A stretch of DNA of 58,881 nucleotides from Candidatus Krumholzibacteriia bacterium (GCA_030592845.1 JAUVII010000004.1:1-58881), one strand, 5' to 3'; positions 26,277-35,798 are shown, counted from the stretch's first letter. Numbers and translations: made by a program. Notes: generated from the sequence alone by a model not told the origin.

Positions 26277-28036
26277 CAGCGGATGACCATGAGGACTTTT
26301 TCCCTGGCCAGCCGATGGTTCATTTCGTCCAGGGATTCCAGCAGCACCACGTACCCGCCCGGTCCCGCCGCAAGGCCCTGGTCATTGCGCCCATCCCACA
26401 ACAGGTCGCGAGGACCAGGGCCCAGATTTTCGCCTCCCAGATCCCGGACCAGGCCGCCCCAGAGATCGAACACGCGCAGTTCCCAACCGGCGTGGTCCGC
26501 GGCCAGCGTAAACAGGAAATGGACGGTAGTTACTCCCTTTTCGGCGTCCAGGATCCTGGGCTCGACGCGGAGTCCCAATGAAATTTCGCCAAAAGACGCC
26601 ACACTGTTAAGACATCCGGGTGTTGAGCCCGCCTGGGCCGTACAAGGCGCCCAGTTGGAGGATCCGGGATTTCGTGGCGCGGGAGCCACCCGCTCGAGGG
26701 ACACCCCCGGATCACTGAAACCGTAAACCAGTGAGCCGGGACTACCGAAGGTCAGGTGGTCGATCACGTCTCCGGTCGGCCCCGCCAGGTAAAGGCGATC
26801 GGCGAAGGTGCGGTCGGCAGGCGGAGAATTATTAAGTGACGGCCAACCCCCGAGAGCTCTCTGTCTCGAAATGGCCAGGTCGATCGCACAAGCTGAAGTA
26901 CCTCCGTTGGCCGCGTTGTCGCGGTGCCAGGCAGCCAGGGCCACCGAATCCTGCACCAGTACGAGAAAACTTCCCGGCTCCAGGCGTATATCCGGCAAAG
27001 CCCGCCAGTTCCCGTCCTCGTCGCGCAACATATGACCGGCCAGATCCACGGGCCGGCTGCCGGGGACCGTTAGTTCCACCCACTCCCCCTGGCCGCCCTG
27101 GGGAACGGAAAGGGCTTCGTTGAGGATGAGATTTCCCGGCCCCACCTGAAGGGACGCGGGAACGATGGCCAATGAATCGGAATCCGTCGGAAGCGGAACC
27201 AGGATTTCCAAAGGCACCAGGCCGGCGACCTCTGGCCGGAAACTCCAGCTTATCAACCTTTCCTGGTCCGGAGGCAAACGGTCCAGAAGGGATGCCAGAT
27301 CCTTGCCCGCGACCCGCAGCAGGATGGTCCCGACCGGAAATATCTCGGTGCCGGAATTACGAATCCGAAAAGTGAACCGGACCTGTTCCCCCACCCGATC
27401 AAGGGATGGGGGATCCAGTTCCCAGGCGACGACCGCCAGGGCATATGGGAAAAAGTTGATTTGCCCCGGGGTGGGGTCGGCCAAAACGAAATCCAGCTTG
27501 TTGTTTCCCGAGTCATGGCCATCCGGCCGCCGGGCCAGGGACCTGCCGGGCGCGATATCCGCAGGCTCGCCTTCCATCATGTCCGGATCGGTCAGGGGAC
27601 CGTAACCCACCATGTCCAGGACAAGGTCATCACGGATCAGCCTCAAGGCGTCCGGTCCATTCTGGAGTCCGAGGTAGACCTCGGACTCACCTGGAGGTTC
27701 ACCGAGCCAGTTCCTGTCCACGATCAGGAACCGCGCCGATGGCTCCAGCCATGAATCCGCGTCCCCCGTCCAGCGCGTCACCCAGGAAGCGCCTTCCGCC
27801 CCGTTGCCAAATTGAAGTCTGACGCCGGCAAGGGGCTCCCGGTCCGGTCCCGTATTCAGCAACTCGACAAATTCGCGGCCGCCGTCACTGCCATCCGGAT
27901 CCGGAAACAACTCATTGATGACAAGAGCGCCCCAACAAACCCCTGGACAAAGAACCGCCACCAGGAATAAACCTGCCCGGAATTTCCATTTGGGGCTCGT
28001 AAAAGGCCCGACAGAGGCCTCAGGAGAGATATCCAT
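26276..28036 (-). CDS. Secreted protein with two lamin-tail domains (LTD) and a FlgD-Ig/T9SS-type C-terminal domain
   Basis: Signal-like segment AGLFLVAVLCPGVCWG. LTD signatures LVINELFPDPDGSDGGREFVELLNTG and LILNEALSVPQGGQGEWVELTVPG..LAGHMLRDEDG. The CTD reads ELRVFDLWGGLVRDL..LLWDGRNDQGLAAGPGGYVVLLE..KVLMVIR. Confidence 0.75.
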   Translation of the reverse strand: MDISPEASVGPFTSPKWKFRAGLFLVAVLCPGVCWGALVINELFPDPDGSDGGREFVELLNTGPDREPLAGVRLQFGNGAEGASWVTRWTGDADSWLEPSARFLIVDRNWLGEPPGESEVYLGLQNGPDALRLIRDDLVLDMVGYGPLTDPDMMEGEPADIAPGRSLARRPDGHDSGNNKLDFVLADPTPGQINFFPYALAVVAWELDPPSLDRVGEQVRFTFRIRNSGTEIFPVGTILLRVAGKDLASLLDRLPPDQERLISWSFRPEVAGLVPLEILVPLPTDSDSLAIVPASLQVGPGNLILNEALSVPQGGQGEWVELTVPGSRPVDLAGHMLRDEDGNWRALPDIRLEPGSFLVLVQDSVALAAWHRDNAANGGTSACAIDLAISRQRALGGWPSLNNSPPADRTFADRLYLAGPTGDVIDHLTFGSPGSLVYGFSDPGVSLERVAPAPRNPGSSNWAPCTAQAGSTPGCLNSVASFGEISLGLRVEPRILDAEKGVTTVHFLFTLAADHAGWELRVFDLWGGLVRDLGGENLGPGPRDLLWDGRNDQGLAAGPGGYVVLLESLDEMNHRLAREKVLMVIR

Positions 28037-28114
28037 GGGGAATACGCATTCCGGGAGATGGACAAGGGAGGATGAATCAGGAATCAGGCCGGTCCGGCCA
28101 AACGACCAGGCCGG

Positions 28115-30469
28115 TTACAACAGTCCGTTACGGCGTCGGAGGAACCATTCCAATCCCAGAAGAGCCGCCACCAGGGTGAGGAATGGCCAGCCGGACCAGA
28201 AGTCCAGGCGGCTGCGGCGGGAAACCTCTCCACCGGTCCAATCCTGGTTCTGAAGATCATTTAAAAGCCGGGCCCGGGCCCCATGGTCTTTCGCGACGTA
28301 CAATTCCCCGGCGCCGCGGCCGGCAACCTGGATCAGCCGGCGGCGGTCCATGCGCACCTGGGTCAATTCGATGGAATGGCCCGCAACGATCAGGCTTTCG
28401 CTTCGCCCCATGACCGGTGGATCCCCCTGCCCGATCAACTGCACCGTATACCGTCCCGGAGGAAGGGGCGGCAACACCACTTCGGCAAATCCCGAGGACC
28501 GATCGGTACGGGATAATCCGAAGGTCCGGACACGCCCGGAATCGGCTGCTGTATCGGCGGACCGCAATTGGAGGGACAGCTTTTGATTGATGACCGGCCG
28601 GCCGCGCATATCCCTCCACTGGGCGGCAAGTTTGATCCTTTCCCCTTCCTGGAATACCGTTTGTCGTCCGGTGAACACCAGGCCCGAGTTTTCTTCACCG
28701 GCAGAAGTCCAGACCAGGAGGTTTCGCAAAAGGCGCGCGCCGACAGGGTCGCCTCCGGCACTTCCGGTACCGGCCGGACGCGCTCCCGACGGAGTATGGT
28801 CCCAGAAAGCCAGCTCCCACAAACGGCGTCCTCCGAACCAGGCCACCCGGCCTTCCCCAAGGCGATCGACCACCAACAGCGGATGTTCGGCTTCATCGGC
28901 TGATGGTTCCCTGCGCCGTCCCGAAAGCAGCACCACCGCTCCGGTGCGAATCCGGGTCTCAACGATGCGTCTCAGCGGTGGAAGGGTTACCAGGCCCCGG
29001 CTGGACATTTTTTCTCCCGGGCGGAACAGACCCTCCAAAATGGGGTGACCGACCTGGGACGCGCCCACGGCGGCAAACAGGGGCCCTGATCCCCAGCGCC
29101 AACCGGTAACCTGGACAGGCAGAAGGCGCGCCAGACTTCCCGGGGGAACATCCGGTCCCCGGGGTCCCACCGACGCTGCGCCGGGAAGGACCATCAGTCC
29201 CAGACCTCCCTCGACGGCCGCCCCCAGGGGTTCCCAGTCCATGGAAGACAGCGCCCCGGTCCAGTCGGAAATGATGACCCCGTCCCAGACCGACCAGGCG
29301 GCGGCGTTCCGGGGCACTCTCCAGGAGACCAAACTGTCAGCAAAGACCAGGCCGTTTTCCCCGGGGAAGACGACCTCCAGCCTGATCCTTTCCTCGTTCG
29401 CCGCGGCCTGGGCCAGAAAGCGCGTATCCCAGCCCGGTACTCCGGTCAGCAGAAGCAGGCGAGCCCTCTCCTTGCGAACGTCAATGGCCAGGGACGCCTT
29501 GTTGTTGTCGAGGAAACGTTCGTTGTCGAGGGACGACACTACCAGTTGGTATACCTGAAGGCCCGGTCCGGTGGGTTTGAAAGTCAACGATACGGGTACA
29601 ACCCTGTTGTCGACCGGCAGTGTTGTTTCAGCCACGAGGCCTTCGGGCCCCACCAGGCGCGCCTGAAGGGAAGATGTCCCGGATCCTTCGGCAAAACGGT
29701 GGTCCACCGAAAATTCGACCTGGATTTCGTCTCCCTCATAAGCGGTATCGGGATACCGGAGATCCTTGATGACCCGGTCGGCCGTCCCCAACGGATCTCC
29801 CACCCCGACCACGCGCAACGACAGGGTTCCATCCAGCCCACCGTACGCGGTGCCCAAAGAGGGTTCCCCTTCGGTGGCCCAATCTCCGCCCGATCCTGAA
29901 CCGCGGGTTTCCTGACCGTCGCTGATCAGCACAATGGTACGAACCGAACGGCCGACCATCCGGTCGCCCGTCTGCCGCAACAACCCCGCAAGATGAGTCC
30001 CGTGAGCAGTCGGGGGCGGAATGACGGGATCTGACAGCCGGAATTCCCGGAGGGGATCGAGGCCGTTGCCACGCAGGAAAACCACTTCCACGGGCGGTTC
30101 ATTGCCCGCAAATGCGGAATCGAGAAACGCCGCCCACTCCAGTCCGTTTTCCCAACGGCTCACCGGACGGTCCGGATCACCCGCAGGGTCATCGCTGTCG
30201 GAGATGGCCATGCTGCCGGAATCCTCGAAAACCACCACCAGGGCAGCCGGAACGCGATCGTTGCGCAGGAGGGAAAAAACGGGGCCCGCGATGGCCGCCA
30301 CCAGCAATAGAAAGACAACGGATCTCAGGATTCCCAGCAGCCTCCGCAACCTGGCCGGTGGACGGGGCACGGTCCTCCGATAGGCAGCAATCGCCAAGAA
30401 GACGGCCCCTGCAGCTATGACTAGCAGCAGGGGCCACATCCAGGCGGGGGTTGACCAATGAACACCCAC
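28115..30469 (-). CDS. BatA/VWA-like membrane protein (N-terminal double-TM anchor, VWA-like region, GATase1-like region, C-terminal TM)
   Basis: N-terminus WSTPAWMWPLLLVIAAGAVFLAIAAY..VVFLLLVAAIAGPVF, then VVVFEDSGSMAISDSD (MIDAS-like DxSxS), then LLLLTGVPGWDTRF. The C-terminal TM is WPFLTLVAALLGLEWFLRRR. The GTG start lies 6 nt after the ppdK stop. Confidence 0.7.
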   Translation of the reverse strand: MGVHWSTPAWMWPLLLVIAAGAVFLAIAAYRRTVPRPPARLRRLLGILRSVVFLLLVAAIAGPVFSLLRNDRVPAALVVVFEDSGSMAISDSDDPAGDPDRPVSRWENGLEWAAFLDSAFAGNEPPVEVVFLRGNGLDPLREFRLSDPVIPPPTAHGTHLAGLLRQTGDRMVGRSVRTIVLISDGQETRGSGSGGDWATEGEPSLGTAYGGLDGTLSLRVVGVGDPLGTADRVIKDLRYPDTAYEGDEIQVEFSVDHRFAEGSGTSSLQARLVGPEGLVAETTLPVDNRVVPVSLTFKPTGPGLQVYQLVVSSLDNERFLDNNKASLAIDVRKERARLLLLTGVPGWDTRFLAQAAANEERIRLEVVFPGENGLVFADSLVSWRVPRNAAAWSVWDGVIISDWTGALSSMDWEPLGAAVEGGLGLMVLPGAASVGPRGPDVPPGSLARLLPVQVTGWRWGSGPLFAAVGASQVGHPILEGLFRPGEKMSSRGLVTLPPLRRIVETRIRTGAVVLLSGRRREPSADEAEHPLLVVDRLGEGRVAWFGGRRLWELAFWDHTPSGARPAGTGSAGGDPVGARLLRNLLVWTSAGEENSGLVFTGRQTVFQEGERIKLAAQWRDMRGRPVINQKLSLQLRSADTAADSGRVRTFGLSRTDRSSGFAEVVLPPLPPGRYTVQLIGQGDPPVMGRSESLIVAGHSIELTQVRMDRRRLIQVAGRGAGELYVAKDHGARARLLNDLQNQDWTGGEVSRRSRLDFWSGWPFLTLVAALLGLEWFLRRRNGLL

Positions 30470-30475
30470 GCGCGG

Positions 30476-33169
30476 TTACTTTCCGGCCTCGAGTTTCTCC
30501 CTGACCACGACCTGCGCCGCAGCCAGACGTGCGATCGGCACACGGAAGGGAGAACAGCTCACATAGTCCAACCCGACCTTGTGACAAAAAGCGACGGAAC
30601 TGGGATCGCCCCCGTGTTCGCCGCAGATTCCGAGATGGAGATCAGGGTTGGTTTCCCGACCCTTGACCGCGGCCATTTCGACCAGCTGTCCCACACCGCT
30701 TTGATCCAGCTGCTGGAACGGATCGCTCGGCAGGATACCTTTGCGGACATAATCCGGCAGGAATGTGCCCGCGTCGTCACGGCTGTAACCGAAGGTCATC
30801 TGGGTCAGATCGTTGGTGCCGAAGCTGAAGAAGTCCGCCACTTCCGCCATCTTGTCGGCCAGAAGCGCGGCGCGCGGAATCTCGATCATGGTCCCGACGA
30901 GGTAATCGATCTTCTTGTCCATGGCGGTCATGACTTCTTCGGCCACACGGATGGTCATTTTCCGCAAATCACCCAGTTCGCGCTGGGCGCCCGTCAGCGG
31001 GATCATGATCTCCGGTTGGACATCCACACCATCCTTCTTCACCACGATGGCCGCGCTGATGATGGCCTCGACCTGCATCTCGTAGATCTCGGGATAGGTC
31101 AGACCCAGCCGACAGCCGCGGTGCCCGAGCATGGGATTGCTCTCATGAAGGGCTTCCACTTTCCGCTCGATGGTCTCCACGGGCACGCCCATCTCCCTGG
31201 CGAGAGTTTCCTTTTCCGCGGGCTCGTGGGGCAGGAACTCATGCAGGGGCGGGTCCAACAGCCGGATGGTCACGGGCAATCCATCCATGGCCCGGAAGAT
31301 CCCTTCGAAATCATCCTGCTGCATGGGTTTGATCTTAACCAGGGCGGCCCGGCGGGCTTCCTCGTCGTCGGCCAGGATCATCTCGCGCATTTTCAGGATA
31401 CGGTCCTCGCCGAAGAACATGTGCTCGGTCCGGGTCAACCCGATGCCCTGTGCACCGAACTCGATGGCCTGACGGGCATCGTGGGGCGTATCGGCATTGG
31501 TCCGGACTTTCAGGCGGCGAACCTTATCGGCCCAGCCCATGACCTTGAGGAGATTGGGATCATCCATGTGCGGTGGCACCAGGGCCGGAGCACCCAGAAT
31601 AACTGAACCGTTGGTTCCGTTGATGGTCAGGCTGTCGCCGGCCTTGAACGACTGGCCGCCGATCGTCATCTCACCTTTGGCGGTGTCGACAAAAAGATCC
31701 CCGCAACCCGCCACGCAGGGTTTACCCATGCCCCGGGCCACCACCGCGGCATGACTGGTCATGCCACCGCGACTGGTCAGGATGCCCTGGGCCACATTCA
31801 TGCCGGCGATATCCTCGGGACTGGTTTCCCGCCTCACGAGCAGGACCTTGCGGCCTTCAGCGGCGGCGGCGACGGCCGCCTCGGCGGAAAAGACAACTTC
31901 CCCCTGACCAGCACCCGGGGAGGCGGGCAGGCCGACTCCAAGAACCTTGACCTCGGCGTCGGGATCGATCTGGTCGTGCAGCATCTGATCCAGGTGGTCC
32001 GGCTCGACCAGCAACAGGGCCTCGTCGGTGGTCACAAGACCCTCTGCCTGCATTTCTGCGGCGATGCGAATGGCGGCCACGCCGGTACGCTTGCCGTGCC
32101 TGGTCTGCAGCATCCACAATCGTCCGTCCTGAATGGTGAATTCCACATCCTGCATGTCCTTGTAGTGGTTTTCCAGGCGGGTGCGGATCGCGTCCAACTC
32201 GGTATAGGCCTTGGGCATGGCTTCCTCGAGGGTCGCAAGGTCCTTGGCTTCGTTCCCCGCAGGCAGATTGTCCCGGCCCACATTGTTGATCTGCTGGGGA
32301 GTCCGGGTGCCGGCCACGACGTCCTCGCCCTGGGCATTGATCAGGAATTCACCATAGAAGAAGTTTTCACCGGAAGAGGGATCACGGGTAAAGGCCACGC
32401 CGGTGGCGCTGTTTTCTCCCATATTTCCGTAGACCATGGCCTGCACGTTGACCGCGGTGCCCCAATCCCCCGGGATATGGTGGATGCGGCGGTATTCGAT
32501 GGCCCGTTTGGCGAACCAGCTTTCGAAAACCGCGCCGATTCCTCCCCACAACTGCTCGAAGGGATCCGAGGGGAAAGCCTTTCCTGTTTCACTCTGCACG
32601 ATGCCCTTGAAGGTGGAAATGAGTCCCTTCAGGTCATCCACGGAAAGTTCGGTATCCAGTTTGACACCCCGCTTGGCCTTGATCGCATCGATGGCGTGCT
32701 CCAACAGATGTCCGTCCACACCCATCACGACATCGCCGTACATCTGGACGAGGCGGCGGTAGCTGTCGAAGGCGAACCTCTCGTTCCCGCTGCGGGAAGC
32801 CAGGCCCTGGACCGTGTCGTCGTTCAAGCCAAGGTTCAAAACCGTGTCCATCATGCCGGGCATGGAGACGCGGGCTCCCGAGCGAACTGAAAACAGAAGG
32901 GGGTCCTTGGGATCGGCGAATTTCTTGCCCATGACAGCCTCAACCTGTCCGAGGGCCTCCTTCACATCCGCCTTCAGGGCGTCACTCAGAGCCATCGTGT
33001 CCTGGTACTCGATACACTGTTCGGTGGTCACGGTGAATCCCGGGGGAACCGGAATGCCCAGACTGATCATCTCAGCCAGGTTCGCGCCCTTGCCGCCCAG
33101 CAGGTTCTTCATACCGGCATTGCCGTCAGCCTGCCCGTCTCCGAAAAAATACACCCTCTTGCCGCTCAT
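30476..33169 (-). CDS. ppdK: Pyruvate, phosphate dikinase
   Basis: MSGKRVYFFGDG..GGKGANLAEM, the phospho-histidine motif GGMTSHAAVVARG and a PEP-utilising C-terminal TIM barrel. The start is the ATG at 33169, with GGAG 6 nt upstream. The extension to 33373 is an artefact. Confidence 0.95.
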   Translation of the reverse strand: MSGKRVYFFGDGQADGNAGMKNLLGGKGANLAEMISLGIPVPPGFTVTTEQCIEYQDTMALSDALKADVKEALGQVEAVMGKKFADPKDPLLFSVRSGARVSMPGMMDTVLNLGLNDDTVQGLASRSGNERFAFDSYRRLVQMYGDVVMGVDGHLLEHAIDAIKAKRGVKLDTELSVDDLKGLISTFKGIVQSETGKAFPSDPFEQLWGGIGAVFESWFAKRAIEYRRIHHIPGDWGTAVNVQAMVYGNMGENSATGVAFTRDPSSGENFFYGEFLINAQGEDVVAGTRTPQQINNVGRDNLPAGNEAKDLATLEEAMPKAYTELDAIRTRLENHYKDMQDVEFTIQDGRLWMLQTRHGKRTGVAAIRIAAEMQAEGLVTTDEALLLVEPDHLDQMLHDQIDPDAEVKVLGVGLPASPGAGQGEVVFSAEAAVAAAAEGRKVLLVRRETSPEDIAGMNVAQGILTSRGGMTSHAAVVARGMGKPCVAGCGDLFVDTAKGEMTIGGQSFKAGDSLTINGTNGSVILGAPALVPPHMDDPNLLKVMGWADKVRRLKVRTNADTPHDARQAIEFGAQGIGLTRTEHMFFGEDRILKMREMILADDEEARRAALVKIKPMQQDDFEGIFRAMDGLPVTIRLLDPPLHEFLPHEPAEKETLAREMGVPVETIERKVEALHESNPMLGHRGCRLGLTYPEIYEMQVEAIISAAIVVKKDGVDVQPEIMIPLTGAQRELGDLRKMTIRVAEEVMTAMDKKIDYLVGTMIEIPRAALLADKMAEVADFFSFGTNDLTQMTFGYSRDDAGTFLPDYVRKGILPSDPFQQLDQSGVGQLVEMAAVKGRETNPDLHLGICGEHGGDPSSVAFCHKVGLDYVSCSPFRVPIARLAAAQVVVREKLEAGK

Positions 33170-33300
33170 GATAACTCCAAGGATTGTTGATGGATTCGTG
33201 GTATTACGGCCGCAAACCGATTCCTGCGGTCGGCCGTGCCCGTTTCCGATCGGGCCCGTTACCGGATTGAAAGGTAGCACCGTAAAGCCCGCCCCGGTAG

Positions 33301-33335
33301 AAAAAATGAGGACCCGGTTTGGATCTACCGGGCCC
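33301..33335 (-). terminator. Rho-independent terminator downstream of the Asp-box propeller gene
   Basis: The minus strand reads GGGCCCGGU-AGAUCCAA-ACCGGGUCC-UCAUUUUUU. This is a 9-bp stem with one G-U pair, 43 nt after the stop at 33378. Confidence 0.75.
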
Positions 33336-33377
33336 CCAGTGAACTGGTTGCGAACTCTGACTGGTCTCCGCAATAAC

Positions 33378-35798
33378 CTACCGAATCACCACCAGGCGTC
33401 CCCAGTAGTCATCCTTCCCGGGTATCTCGACCTTGTAGATGTAGATACCGGAAAAAATCGACTCTCCAGAACTGTTCCTGGTATCCCAGTGCATGTTGCC
33501 CGCGATAATGGTTTCCGGTTCGAGGTCGATGATCCGGTCTCCCGCAGTCGTGAAAATCAGGATCTTGGCTCCCTCGGGGATGTTCTTGAAAGTGACCGTG
33601 CCACCCTCGTCCCGGGGAAAGCCCGCACCCTGCCGCAGGGGATTGGGAACCACGAAGATTTCATCCAGACCCTCCTCGCCGATACCGACCGGTTGGTTGA
33701 TCTGGATCGGGGTCTGGTTGCCCATGCCCGGGAACGGGGAAATCCCGCCGCTATCGATCAGGTCGCCTTCAAAGCGGGGCGAAAAGATCATTTCATTGGA
33801 GTTGTTTTCCGGTGTGGCCAGAGCCGTATTGCCGTAATCAAAACTGGTGACCGCGTAATTGTAGGTGAACCCGTTGTAGACTTCCTCATCGAAGAACCTG
33901 ATCGTATCGGGATTTTCGATATTAAAACAGGCAGCCCGTTTGGCGGCAAAACAGTTGGGCACGATCTCGATGTTCAAGTCGCCGCAATAGCCCTCGAAAC
34001 AGTCTTCGGGATTGACACGGTCAAACAGCCCGAGAATGGTCATGTCCTCGGGGCGGTGACTCGGCCCCCTCCAGACGGCCCATCCCTGGAAGGTCTGGCA
34101 TACCAGTTCGAAGTTGTCCCCGGGCATGTATTGGCCGTTGGGAAAGGTGATACTCAAACCCAGATCCAAATCCCGCAATTCAGGAGAAGTGATCGTGGTA
34201 TAACTGGACGCCAGGGGAATCGGGGTCCCGGGAACGTAGTTCCCCCCCCCCCAGGAGCCCATGGTCAAATCACCGCTGCCATCACTTGAAGCGAGGAGGT
34301 AAAAGCCCTTGCTGATCACCGGCTGCGAGACGAATTTATCCCAGGTGACTCCGGAATCGGAACTGTGTAACAGGGCATACTCATTTTCCAGAACAAAAAT
34401 GCTCCCCGGTGTGCCGGGCTGGTCCGTCATGGTCAATGCCAGGATATCACCCTTGTTTTCCGGCTGGACGGCATCACCTACCTGAATCCAGGTAACGCCC
34501 CCATCGGAGGTGCGGTAAAAGCCCTTCTGCTTGACACCCATGACGATCGTTTGGCCGGAGACGTCATCACCGTACACACAATCCAGGGCGGAATGGACCC
34601 ACGCACCATCCACATCCGGTTCGGGGTCGGGAACAACAAGATCCCCGTAGCGTTCTTGCCAGGTTCCTCCCCCATCCGTGCTTTCGTAGACCCCGTGAAA
34701 CTGCAATGACGCCGCGATCCTGTTCGGGTCATTCGGATGAAAGGTCAAGGCGTTGATTTCCGGCAGGATCAACTCCGGATCCGTGGGGCCGGGATCCAGA
34801 GTCGAGGGGACCCATATCACCGAGCGGGCGAAGCTGGCGCCGTTGTCCTGCGAGACAAAAAGACCAAAGTTTTTTACAAATACAAAAATCCGGTCACCGG
34901 ACCATTCCACAACGCTGACGTTCAAATTTGAAGGAACATCCGGATAATTCGTATCCGGATAAGCCGGGTCAAGTTCCGTGGTCCAGTTGGCAAAGGTAGT
35001 GCCCCCGTCGGTAGTAATGAACAGTCCGTCACGGGCGGTTCCCACGGCGAACATGTCATTATTGCCTGGCGAGATGGAAACGTCCGTGATCAACCTGACT
35101 TCATCGAAAACCACGGAGTTTTCCTCATCCGGGTCGAGCTTCGTGGCGATTTGCGCCCATTCGGTCCCGTTATAGGTGAAAAGCCCGACGGGATTGGCTT
35201 CCGCCGTCACACCGCGGGAAAACCCGGCAACCATGAATTCGCCGGAGCCCATATCCAGGCCCGTGGTATTGACCTGAAGCCAGTACATGGGAAGCTGGCT
35301 GTTGACCTGGGACCAACCCGTGCCGGTATTATACCGCCATATGCCCCCGTTGTTGGCCAGGTTGATTTTACCACCGATATTGCCGTAGGTGGAGGGTCCG
35401 GTGTTCTGCCAGGTTAAAATGATATTTTCCGGCTGAAGCGCGCCGATGGGTCCCCCATCCGGTGAATTGAAATTGAATACACGGTCTACCCTGTCGCCGA
35501 AACCGCCGGTCACCTCGACATCGAAACCCAGTCCCTCGGTGCCCTTGAGAGTGAAGCAGGTGGCCTCGCTCAGATCCATATTGGGCCAGGAAATGGTCAG
35601 CCCTGTCCTGCCGGTGGTCTCCAGACGGAGGTCCAACACTTCGGGGGAAATCAGATAGAGGGAGTCTGCAGCACAGGCTTCATCCGGAGTCTGTGCACCA
35701 GCGTCGCCGGGTTGAAGCAACAGCAGGGCCGCCACAATAACAATGCCCGACATCCTGGCTGCCGATGACCATCTCTCAAAAGCGCTTCCAGCGTTCAT
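33378..35798 (-). CDS. Secreted Asp-box (BNR/sortilin-type) beta-propeller protein with T9SS-type C-terminal sorting domain
   Basis: Signal-like segment MSGIVIVAALLLLQPGDAGAQ. Five Asp-boxes: TTDGGTTF, SQDNGASF, STDGGGTW, TSDGGVTW, SSDSGVTW. The CTD reads VVPNPL..ILIFTTAGDRI..HWDTRNSSGESIFSGIYIYKVE..GRLVVIR. Confidence 0.75.
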   Translation of the reverse strand: MNAGSAFERWSSAARMSGIVIVAALLLLQPGDAGAQTPDEACAADSLYLISPEVLDLRLETTGRTGLTISWPNMDLSEATCFTLKGTEGLGFDVEVTGGFGDRVDRVFNFNSPDGGPIGALQPENIILTWQNTGPSTYGNIGGKINLANNGGIWRYNTGTGWSQVNSQLPMYWLQVNTTGLDMGSGEFMVAGFSRGVTAEANPVGLFTYNGTEWAQIATKLDPDEENSVVFDEVRLITDVSISPGNNDMFAVGTARDGLFITTDGGTTFANWTTELDPAYPDTNYPDVPSNLNVSVVEWSGDRIFVFVKNFGLFVSQDNGASFARSVIWVPSTLDPGPTDPELILPEINALTFHPNDPNRIAASLQFHGVYESTDGGGTWQERYGDLVVPDPEPDVDGAWVHSALDCVYGDDVSGQTIVMGVKQKGFYRTSDGGVTWIQVGDAVQPENKGDILALTMTDQPGTPGSIFVLENEYALLHSSDSGVTWDKFVSQPVISKGFYLLASSDGSGDLTMGSWGGGNYVPGTPIPLASSYTTITSPELRDLDLGLSITFPNGQYMPGDNFELVCQTFQGWAVWRGPSHRPEDMTILGLFDRVNPEDCFEGYCGDLNIEIVPNCFAAKRAACFNIENPDTIRFFDEEVYNGFTYNYAVTSFDYGNTALATPENNSNEMIFSPRFEGDLIDSGGISPFPGMGNQTPIQINQPVGIGEEGLDEIFVVPNPLRQGAGFPRDEGGTVTFKNIPEGAKILIFTTAGDRIIDLEPETIIAGNMHWDTRNSSGESIFSGIYIYKVEIPGKDDYWGRLVVIR
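34242..34252. repeat. Homopolymeric tract, C11 on plus / G11 on the coding strand, inside the propeller gene
   Basis: Read directly (tccccccccc cc). It encodes W-G-G-G in ..MGSWGGGNYVPG... It is the longest mononucleotide run I found in the window. Confidence 0.9.
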
